Shown in pieces: positions 13,301 to 25,300 of a stretch of DNA of 64,000 bases (position 1 is its first letter; each line of letters begins with the position of its first letter). The translations under genes and the position numbers were made by a program. The DNA is from Balanoglossus misakiensis (Eukaryota; Animalia; Hemichordata): positions 10,281,625 through 10,345,624 of the forward strand of contig CM082579.2 in assembly GCA_040954595.2 (NCBI GenBank), in the 5' to 3' direction. The notes under the pieces were generated by a model. It worked only from the letters and a program-made list of their open reading frames with translations, ran no database searches and was not told where the DNA came from.

Positions 13301-16300
13301 CACCTTCAAAACCACTCCCACACCCCGTTGCGGGAATTTCACTCATGACTCCACCTCTATTTCCTTATTTAGAATGCGATGATGTCATTTGGTTTACACA
13401 TTGTTACATTTAAGTGACCAATTAGCTTACACACAAGATTTACCACCCGTGTCGTTCTCCGCACAGAATTCGGTGCGTAAATAGAGACTGTCCCCGGGCG
13501 TTCCTTTTCCCCTACTACGCCTGTGTCTCCGGGCTAAATATTGTGGGGAGGGTCACTTGATTTTGTTCACGGAGAAGGGGAGGGTCAGCATTTTTTGTGC
13601 AAGAAATCGGTGGAGGGTCAGTATTTTTCATGCATGCGGATTTTGAATCGCACCGGCCTTCCCCCCCCCCCCCTGTTAATTCTGACCAGGCCCTTAGATG
13701 CTTTCATTTGGATTACTGACTAGCACTGTTTATGAATATACCTATCAGGACCATCATTTTGAACGTATGTTTTTTCTCTCCTTTTTCCAGCGATCAACGA
13801 ATGTCAGAGTTCTCCTTGCATCAATGGAGGTACCTGCCAGGATTTGATTGACAGCTACCTCTGCTCATGCCCAGCCGGATATAATGGAATTAACTGTGAA
13901 ATAAACATTGATGAATGCGAGTCGCACCCCTGCCTCAACAATGGTACATGCCATGACGGTGTTGCTAATTTCACTTGTAAATGTCAACCTGGATTTAGTG
14001 GTAAGGTTATTGAACTTTATATTAGAGAGTACTTTAGACGCTAGACGCCTTTACGTTTTGGACTAAGCGTCCACAAATAACGATTGACTGACACATTGAC
14101 CAGCAGAAGACACTTTGTGTATGTAGTACACCAGAATTAACCAGCTACATTTGTATTGATTAAAAGACTGCATTAACAATTTTTGTTTTTTTTAGGTGAT
14201 GACTGTAGTATCAATATCAACGAGTGTGATTCATCGCCTTGTCTGAATGGTGGAATTTGCGAAGATGATGTTAACAGCTACATGTGCCACTGCTCCTCCA
14301 ACTTTTATGGCGACATCTGTGAAAATGAAGTGGATTTCTGTCAGTCCAGTCCATGTGTCAATGGGGCCTCTTGCATCGACCAGACCGATGGCTATGCGTG
14401 CACATGTCTGAGTGGCTTCACCGGAACAAACTGCCAGATTGACATTGACGACTGTAGAAATCAGCCATGCAAAAACCAGGGCAGTTGCATTGATGGTATC
14501 AACTCATTTACATGTGACTGTACACAAGGCTACACAGGAACTACATGTGACAGTAAAATTGATCTGTGTTCGTCTACACCCTGCTTCAACAATGCCACGT
14601 GTTATGACTTAGGCAACACGGTATCATGCCTTTGTCCACTGGGCAAGACCGGTACCTTCTGCGAGAGTGACTTTGATGAGGTAGACAATCCCTGTGAAAA
14701 TGGCGGCACTTTTATCATTTTGAATGGCGGTATTGAGTGTGTCTGCCCCGATGGTTATGTGGGCCAATATTGTGAAACGGATTTCAATGAGTGTGCATCA
14801 AATCCTTGTTCAAATGGAGGTTCCTGTGTCGATGGCATTGCATTTTACCAGTGTTTATGTCCACTGGGATTTCAAGGTACGTAACCACTATGGTGGTGAT
14901 CAGGTACATTCGTGACTGTTTAATCATGTATAACTCAGCTAATGATTATGAAGAAGGAAATGCTATAAAATCGTGGTGAACTCACAAAATTTACGGAAAT
15001 GCTTATTCACTATTCAATCACAAATGGAGTGTATGAAATATATTAGCCTGTCGTAAACCATTACACATTTTAACATCTAGGCACAATTTGTGTGCCATTA
15101 TGGTTTCCGTGTGTCAATTTTTAGAGGTTTTACACTTTGCATGGTACAAAGTTTCAGTCACCGTGCCATAAAATTGACTTTTAAGATATAACTGGGTTTT
15201 TTTTCAAAAATGATACGTAGGTTTTGATTGTGAGGAAGACACAGACGAATGTTCATCTAATCCTTGCGGTGATGGATCGACCTGTGAAGACCAAATCAAC
15301 GGATACTCATGTCGTTGTAAAGAAGGATTCACTGGTGTAAACTGCCAAGATGTGACTGATCCATGTGACCAGCTGCCGTGTGCAAATAATGGTACTTGTG
15401 AAAGTTTGACAGACGGAAGTTATTCATGTTCTTGTCTGCCAGGTTACAAAGGTGAGCATTGACAGAATGTTTTAGGCATTTGGCTTAAATTTAGGATCAC
15501 CTGTGCTAAGTTCTTCCGCAACATGTTGAATCGTTTAGATAGCAGTATGTCAGGATTGTGGATAGGCGACTGTACCCATGTCTGACGTTTGGCCCACAAA
15601 ATGCAGTCGATTATGAGCGTATGTGTAGGACTGTATCTAAAGACCGTTAAGACCTCGGACATCTCATTTAAAGAACACTTTAACCTTTACGAGAATGGAA
15701 TCTCTATTACACAAATACACGTGTATTTACAGCCGAAATTATGAAAGGTCGCCGATTCAATATGTGATCTAGACGTCCTGTGTGCACTGAACACACGATG
15801 TGTTTATCTAACACAAACAACAGAACCTCTCATAAAAGAGATGCGGTATCATTAGACTAATTACAGATGGTAGTCTGGAAACACGCTCCCCCTCAGAGAG
15901 AGTTGTTTACTTGGGTACACTCTCAACATAAAGCGTATACACTTTGAGATTAAACTTTGACATCTGTGTTACAAGAGAATAAAGTTTCAAATACCATCTG
16001 TAATTAGTCTAATGATACCGCATCTCTTTTATGAGAGGTTCTGTTGTTTGTGTTAGATAAACACATCGTGTGTTCAGTGCACACAGGACGTCTAGATCAC
16101 ATATTGAATCGGCGACCTTTCATAATTTCGGCTGTATTTTGTTCTTCATCACTACAGGCTTTGATTGTGGGGTCAACACAGATGAATGCCTATCTCAACC
16201 GTGCCTTTATGGTGGACATTGCGTGGATGGCATCAATGAGTTCACCTGCGAATGCAGTGATGGATTTGAAGGAATCAGATGTGAAGTGAACATCGATGAT

Positions 16301-19300
16301 TGCACCGCGACGTAAGTCTTTTATGTCCATCATTATATGACATTAATCAGAGCGAAATAATCAGCAATAATTTCCACATTATACTCAGGCCTATTCATAA
16401 TACATTTGATACTGCTATCCTTGGAGATTTGATGTCGACAGTAAGTTTATCACAAATGTTATGAATGAATGAATGAATGAATGAATGAATGAATGAATGA
16501 ATGAATGAATGAATGAATGAATGAATGAATGAATGAATGAATGAATGAACAAACGAATGGATGGATGGATGGATGGTTGGATTAATTCATTCATTAGTTC
16601 ATTCATTGATGGATGAATGAATGAATGAATGAATGCGTGAATGAAAGAAATAATGAATGAATGAGTGTCTTTTAAGAAATACACATTTATTCATTATTAT
16701 GTTTTTCCTAAAAACTTGCAGATCATGTGTTAATGGTGGGACATGCAAAGATGGTATAAACAGCTACACGTGTGTGTGCTCAAAAGACTTTACTGGCTTT
16801 CGGTGTGAAACTGCTGTCGACTATTGCACGAGTGGACCTTGTCTTAATGCAGGTGTTTGCCAGAGTGTGATTGGAGGCTACACATGTTCATGTGCACCTG
16901 GTTTCGCTGGTCCCGTCTGTCAGTTTAACATTAACGAGTGCATCAGTTTTCCCTGCATCAATGCATACAGCTGTGATGACGGCATCGGCGACTATACGTG
17001 CAATTGCAAACCTGGTTGGACAGGTAAAAACTGTGACCAACCTTTCCAGGCATGCATTTCGTCCCCATGCCAAAATGACGGTTATTGTTTCAATGTGGGG
17101 ATTACTTACATATGTGTATGTAAAACAGGATTCACAGGTACGAATTGCGACACCAACATAGATGACTGCGTTGGACATGTTTGTAAGAACGGCGCAACTT
17201 GTATTGATGGAGTCAACAAATATACCTGCACGTGCCCACCGCTATATTTAGGCAGACTTTGTCAACTGAAGGCCCATGATTACTGTTCACCAAACCCATG
17301 TAGTAATAATGGACAATGTACCAATTTTCTGACCGACTACGAATGTACCTGTTTACCTGGTTTCCAAGGTGACCACTGTGAAAGTGATGTTGATGACTGC
17401 ATCGGCCACAATTGTCAAAATGGAGCCACGTGTGTGGATAAGGTAGATTGATTTTCATCTAGATGTGGTAAATATGTTATCATATAAGCAGTTGGTATGT
17501 GTTGATTGCTTTTCTTTCTGTGATAGTGTAAAAACATCTAAAAATGCAAAATACGTAGCAATTGTCTGTTATCACTTCATTGCAAGATAATGTAAATACA
17601 CTTAATTTTAGCAAACAAAAATGGACGCCTTGAACGTACTTTTTATTGATGTGCGCTTTTCTTTAAAATATTGATAATTAAGTGCACATAAATTTACATA
17701 TGTTATGATAACAATGATTCCTTACAGATTAACAGCTACAGCTGTCGTTGTATGCCGGGATTTATTGGTCAATATTGTGATACCAATGTCAACGAATGTC
17801 AGTCATTACCATGTCAAAATGGAGGCAGTTGTATTGATGTCGTCGACGGATATTCCTGTTCATGCTCACCAGGTAATTAAACTGTAAATTTCACAAGTTT
17901 TGTTCAACTATCATTTTTTTTCTTGGTTACTCTCAAACTATATAAAAAAATACAATAGATTGCCCTTTAATGGTGTCTATTTAAATCTCGAATTTAAAGG
18001 ATGAGAAGTGACGTTTTTAATGATCAAGATATTTCGATCAAGTGAAATTTTACAGGAATTACAGGAGTTGACGCTGTTTCCAGTCAGTATTTTTATCTGT
18101 CATGTGTACACGCCCACAAGTATTTCTGTACATGCGTTGTCATCCCATTATGTCACCTTGTCAGAATTCTCTTTTCATATAAACCATGCCACTGATTTGT
18201 TTCATAGGCTTCCGTGGTGTACACTGTGAAATCAACATTGACGAATGCATACCTAATCCATGTCAAAATTTGGCGGAATGTGTTGACAGAATCAACGATT
18301 TCAATTGTCTGTGTGAAGCTGGCTACAGGTGTGTAGGGTCACGGATAATTAAAACAGACGCATGACATATAAAATGTATACTTGGTTCAACCCCCACCCT
18401 AGACTCTATGGCAGTCGCTGTGCCTGTCGATAAGGAATGGAACGTTCGTACGACGCGCCGCCAGTGTGATTAGCGTCGCGTCCACAGGACGTTCTATACG
18501 TAACGGACGCGGACGCGCATTTCATTTTCAGTATCACACAGTCTTGGAGCAAGACTACCCCCACCCCTAAGAGAAATTTTAGGAGTGTTAATAGCTTGCA
18601 AACATTTGTACCATCAACTTTCACATACCGACCCTCTCAAAACAAAAAATAGTATTTGTTTCCATCCCGAGCATGCAGGATAATAATTAAACAGTATGTC
18701 CATTTAAAGTTGTGATATTTACTTTGTAGAGTGATTGACGTATTCATTGAAACTACATCTGCATTATGCATCCAGATAGATTGGTTTTAGTCTGCTGCAA
18801 ACATTGTGATGCGCTCAATCTTCTTACAGGCGATGATTACCTCTATCCCTGCACAAAAAAGCGTTGTTTTCAACGTAGCTACTAAACATGTTATCTATAC
18901 CATTACTGTGAAATATGTTATAAACTTGTTCTGCTCTGTGGTACTCCCAGAAGAAGAAACAATCTGCTTCATGGGTGATGGCGAAATTGTTTTTGATCTT
19001 TTCCACTCTTTAATTTTGTAGTGGCAAGACGTGTGATGTAAACATTGACGAATGTCTGAGTACACCTTGTGTCAATGGTGCTACATGCTTAGATGGTGTT
19101 GATGAATATTCCTGCAAATGCTCTCCTGGGTATTCTGGAACACATTGTGAAGAAGGTGTGTGGGTTCAATATTTAATTGTTTCTATCATATTAATAACAG
19201 TGCTATAAATGTTAGTATTAATGGTATAGTTTAAACATTAAAGTGTGATATTACTTTTATGATCACTTTCGAAATAACCTCTGAAATGTTGTCTTTACAA

Positions 19301-22300
19301 TGTGTACGTAAATATATGCTGCATGTGATACATCAATTGATTGTTTTGGTACTGGTATTCTTAGAGTTTGGTACATGCGATCAGCGGTCTGAACACAGCC
19401 AGAAATCTTATAATTTGCATTTATTGGCGAAGTGTTGATTGTTGACTAATCATATGCAATTTACTTGCACCATATAAGCAAACAAAGCTGAGGTGATCGT
19501 AAAGTTGACGTGTTAAACACATTTGTTAATTTTACTGCTTGTAATTTTTAGAGAAGGCTTCGCACATTTAGTAAGAGTATATTTCTATCAACCTTTTTCA
19601 GTAATACCAGCAGACTATGACTTCAAGTTTGTAAATTCTACGCTCAATGACAACGTCAATGTGGACGTTAAAAGTTCAGCCCCGATAGAGTCATTTACTC
19701 TAGCGTTTTGGGCGCGCATCACAGGCGAACCATTCAATTTACAACTGGAATATCACAGTAATGGAACATCATCGTTTCTTCTCGGCATCACCGAGAGTGG
19801 CGCTATCGTTGCCATAAATGGGTAAGGATCTATATCCATGCATCCATCCACCTTTAAGCAAATCAAGTAGAAATCTCAGATGACTGATTTGAACAGTGAC
19901 TACGTTTAGTAATGATTTGTAAAAATCACCAGACCAATTTCATTGCCTAGAATGATTCAATTAGTAGAAAATACTTTCAGGAAAAAAACACCACTGATAT
20001 ACCCGGAATATCTTATCAAATAATATGTCTTATTGTAATCTACACATAAAAATGAGGAATTTCCTAGACTAAATGATTACATGTATGCCAAGTTTTGCAA
20101 TTAATACAAATTTCGCGTTGTTACGCAGTGGTGGACACGTATCATTCTCGATCCTGTTGGATAGTAGATGGCACAGCATTGCACTCACTTGGCTTGGATC
20201 CAATGGCGATCTGAATATCACCAAAGATGGTCAAGTTCACGACTCTGTGGTAAATTTCCAGACGGGAACCAGCCTACCAAACATTGGAACGTTCAGTATT
20301 AAATCAGAAAACAATGGTTAGTATGAAGCAATATATGACAAACATAAAACACAAACGTAGGCCCAATTGGCCAAGGCCAAAGGCCGGAAGTTTGAATAAC
20401 AAAGTTAAAAAGATTTGTTCTGTCTGTCTTCATGTCTAAACCAAATTGCTTCTGAATCATGAGTATATTGGCTCAGGGTTTGATTGTGTACTTAATATGT
20501 TGCTCCATAAAATTGAACCAAAATTTAAAAGAGGATCAACATTAGTCGTTGTCTAAACGAACTACACATGGTACACAGTTTGGGGAAACCATAAGATACT
20601 GAAAGACTCTTCACAAATACATGACCTTAACTTTGATAAATTGTACAAAAACTTATCCTGTCTTTATTAAGTTGTAAGTGCTTCAAACACTCGTTTCACA
20701 ACTTTAATGTGCCAAGATGCGGAAAGGTTGTTGTATGCTCTTTTTTCTGAATGTGGACCACATAATTTTCTTTTTTTGCTTCCCACAACTGCTTATCAGG
20801 AGACGTCAATGTGGAGGTGAGCTCTGTGAATATGTGGAACAACGTCATCGGCGACCCTGCAATGACTACTGTAACATCTAGTTGTTCTCAATCATCTTTG
20901 GGCAACGTCTTCACGTGGTCAAGCTTTACTGGTAACACTTTTAGATCGGGTCTCATTCTTGAGTCACCGTCACTGTGTGATGGTAAGTTATTCAATTTGT
21001 TTACAAAGCATGTTGAAGACATGTAGTATGGTTTCTTCATCTCAGTCGCCGTTGTTTCAATTCCCATTACAACAGTGTCCTCATTAGGTCATTGTGCAAT
21101 GTCGCTGTTCACATGAAACGATTTCAGACCATAACCAGAAGGTGAGATTGACGTATAGGGGAGGAAAAACAAGTCAAAATTGGAAATCACAAATGATTTA
21201 ATAATAATCGATTGAGTGTGCAATACACATAAACTTTATCTCAGAAGTCTTACTTACAATTCCAAGATACATACACATCAGACTTCGGATGAAGTTGCTT
21301 ATTATCATGAAGTCTGGGGATCTGTGATTGAGATCAATCTAGCAATGCCCATATGTTGTCACTATCATAACTCAGATATGACTAAATCCACATTTTTCAC
21401 TGTGATGAGAGATGAGAAACAGTTTCTGTTGTGATTGCTGCCAGGACGGTTTTTATTGCATGCATCAGTGCTTTATGTACTAATAAGATAATTTTTCTAA
21501 TTCCCTGTTTAAGATACTGACGAATGTGCAAGTAATCCATGTCTAAATGGTGGCTCCTGCATTGATACATTGAACAGTTTCCAGTGTGAGTGTCCAGAGG
21601 AATACACAGGTTTAACATGCAATGAATTGATTGACTTCTGTGATGATAATCTTTGCCAGAATGGTGCTTCGTGTGAGGTGGTAAATACAACCTATATTTG
21701 TATCTGTGACAATGGCTTCAAAGGGGAGCTTTGTGCCATTAAGATAGGTAAGTGTTACATAATCATATAAAAGATAAACTTTATTATAGTTGTTTAAAAT
21801 TGCTAACAGTAGTGATATATCATTAGTAATTCATTAAAGTGGTCGTGCTAAAATGGGGTATATTTCAGAAGTCAATCTTGTAGCACGATTCTAACAACTA
21901 TTTGCAGGCTATTTGTAAGATCGTATTATAACAAAGTAGTTTCAATCATGTTACATTATCACTTTGTTAAGAAAATAGATTTCCATTAATTTAATAATGA
22001 ATGAATAGAAGCCCATTCAGAAGCGGCCACTTTCTTCACACAAACAAAAGACATGATGGTGTAAGTCAATTTGAAGTGACTGCAGCTCTTAATATTTCTT
22101 AGTTATCCTAATGGAAATAACAGTTCTATATACAATGTAAATACTCTTTGATGTGTACCCTACTTTAATATTTGTTTTGTTGTATAGTTTATTAATTACT
22201 TACTGTCAAATTCACAATATTGTTTCCTATATCAATAATGTTACTAGTTAATGGAGGATGGTCAGTTTGGAGTGAATGGTCCGAATGCTCTGCTACATGT

Positions 22301-25300
22301 ATATCTATTTGATCTCAGTCATTTTCTCAGTTAATGTATGAGTATTACATAAATTATAACGTACTGAATCTGAGATAACTATAGACACATTACAATTTTA
22401 ACTGAGCTGTACTGATCGTGTTTTAGTGAATGGAGGCTGGTCAGTTTGGAGTGAGTGGTCAGAATGCTCTGCTACATGTGATGGTGGGACCTACTATAGA
22501 ACTAGAACATGTGATGACCCCCCTCCACTCAACGGTGGCTTAGATTGTGTTGGAGAAAGCAACGTCACAGAGGCCTGTAACACAGAAGATTGTCCTGGTT
22601 AGTCATTAGTTGCTTTAATTTACTAACACTGGTTTTCACCAAATACCATGTTTTATTCACTGTGCTTCTGAAACTAATATCAAATTTCCTGTTTCCACAT
22701 GTGAACATGTCTTTATTCAAAACTCATTTATGTAGACAAGAACGATTGTATTCGTCTTACTTGCATCTATACCTATTATGTATTATTGATCAAATTGTGG
22801 CCGATGGTATCGGTGAGATATTACCTTTAGTGTTGGACTGCTTCGTATTTTTCACTTCGAGATTGATATATGACAGGTGCCACATGTGGGGCAGGGCACG
22901 CTCACTATTTTCAAAATACCTGATGTCACTTCATGGTTTTTGTTTAAGTACTGGAAATCAGCACATCTTTCTTTCACGGACTTGATTTTTTTCTGTGTGC
23001 TTTGTTGATTGTGCAGTAATCTATTGTTTTGTGACAGTCTTTGCAACTGGTCATGTTAATGCTGTATATTTGACCTTGTTTTTCTTTGCAACTGACTGTG
23101 TAAATACTGTATATTTTACCTATTTGCTTTAGAATGTGTGTGGGTATGATCGGAAATATTTACGTTCAGGCATATGTGTATTTTCTATTGATTAGTTACT
23201 GAATAATATTGAGTATTCACATTGACATGGCCCCGACTGAACATGTTCTTGTTGCCTGTATAATTCCTGTAATATTATGTCATGCCGAAGTGCAATTGGC
23301 ACTAATTTTACCTTTTTGCCTTTGGTTATAGGTTGTCTCGAGGTGAAACCTCCACACAAAGGCTACGCAGATTGCATTGAACCCGCCAAGGAATCATTCC
23401 AATGTAGAATCTCCTGTGAAGATGGATATGCATTTGTGAATCCTCCTTATGAGATGTATAATTGCAGCCCGAGTACATACTATCTATGGAACCATCAAAG
23501 TGCAAACAATCCGAAGGCGCTTTTCCCATCCTGTGGCCGTAAGCTAGACACTCTGTTATTGGTTAATTTTCTATGCTGGACAAGTGCATTGATGTTTGAT
23601 AATATTAGAGGGATAATGATGGAAACATAATACGGTGTAATAAACCATGACTTCTTAATTCAAACATTCAGAAAATGGCAAATGTACATCACTATGAAAG
23701 AACTATGTTTTTTTTCGGCCTGTAGATATTCCTGTGCCTAAACATGTTGCTAAATACAGATTCGGGCGTGAAATAACCACAATAACCATAGTACTCCTCT
23801 TTTTGCAGCTTTTGTGGATATTTCAAGAAAATGGCAATATCGTAACACTTTTTTCTCAAAATTCTACATACAAGGCTAGGGAATGTGCATTACCATGCAC
23901 TGCACCTAGGTAGTCCACTACCTTGGTGTTTAATTAATATCAGTAGTTGTCTCTGTATATGGTTGAATTGTGGATTGTAACCATGGTGACAACTCATGGC
24001 TTTTATGTTCTCTTCTCTTACAGTTGTAAAGAAATCCAAAGCATTTAAAATTGATATGACACTGCCATATCCAACCTTCCCGTGCGTGAGCAAAGAGGAA
24101 GCCAAAGGGGTTAGAGACAGTGCCGTGGAAATTTTGAAAGGTTTTCAGGATAATATCACCTGTATAGCTACAGGATGGTGCAATGTCACAAGCATACGGG
24201 TATGCCAATGTTTCGATCCTGTTTCATTAGGTTTGATTGTGAAATGTATCATGGTGGTCATATGAAATTTTAGTTTTAGTTCTCCTGTGAATACTAGTGT
24301 TTTGATAATAATATTACCTCAGAATAGTTTGGTTATTCCAGATATTTCGACAGGGAAATTCCTTTATGTACAAGCCTTGTGGTGCTACAATTTTCAACAG
24401 TTCTCTATAATAAAAATTCAGGGTTGGAAGTATAGAGTTACTTTGATAGTTTTGCCAAGTCTTTTTTCACTTCTTATTAGGTTCATGCGTGTGATGCAAA
24501 CGACCCGTCACGTGGTTTGATTAGCCGGCGACGAAGACAGTTAGAAAGCGGTGCTTACATTGCCGTTCAGATAACATCAATAGTTGACGATGATGAAGGT
24601 AAGATTATTGAAGTGAAGTGTAAAAGCACTGTGCCAATCTAATGAGTAATGTCTGATTTTGTTGCTATTCCGTATATGTTGTGGGTAGAACCATACAGAA
24701 CTTTTCAGTGGATTATATAGGGGTCCAAGCCTGCAATTGAACCCTATAGGGTTTCATATTCCTCTTATTCTTTCTTCTTCACTCAACACCAACAAAAATG
24801 TAAGTTGGCCGTCATATAGAATTTCTAAAAATCTTCTTTTCCAAAACAGAGATTTTATATTATGTGCATGTGGTGACCTACCAAAGGTCCACACCGTCGT
24901 CAACAGAATGATGAGGGATCTACCTCTTAAAAAAATAAAATCTCTTCCATCAAAAGCAAAATCCATTGTAGCCTACACATTGATAGCATTCAATTTATTA
25001 TTATGGATAAGGGTCATCACATGACACACAATTTTTGTATGATCTTTGACAAAGATATACAGAAATCACCTGAGTGATACTTTTGGTGCATATGTGTACC
25101 TCTTCGACCAGCATTCGTTCCAAAGTGGAATGTTTTGGTGCCATATGACTACTTTCGTCATGTTATTATTTTATGCCTATTTAATTATAGGCTAACCAGT
25201 AGGGCTATTATGGTGTTTGATGTAAGTGGAACAGTGTGGGACCGGATTTTGTTTGAAATTTTCAGGGCTAGGACCCCCTTTCACCTATGTTGACCTTATT

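Larger units (their letters stand above)
12375..13693. mobile_element. PIF/Harbinger-like non-autonomous element
   Basis: TTA TSD; TIRs of about 40 bp GGGCCTGGTCAGAATTAACAGGGGGGG...GGCCGGTGCGATT; subterminal GGGAGGGTCA repeats. Confidence 0.85.

Noticed and set aside
16415-16684. ORF with FIHS repeats
   Set aside because: It is the translation of the (GAAT)n microsatellite.
13791-21747. Calling the EGF gene Notch, Crumbs, Delta/Jagged or fibropellin
   Set aside because: No LNR/ankyrin, DSL, ERLI tail or avidin domain is present. The sushi/HYR/ephrin-like/pentraxin context points to the SVEP1/Uif-like group.
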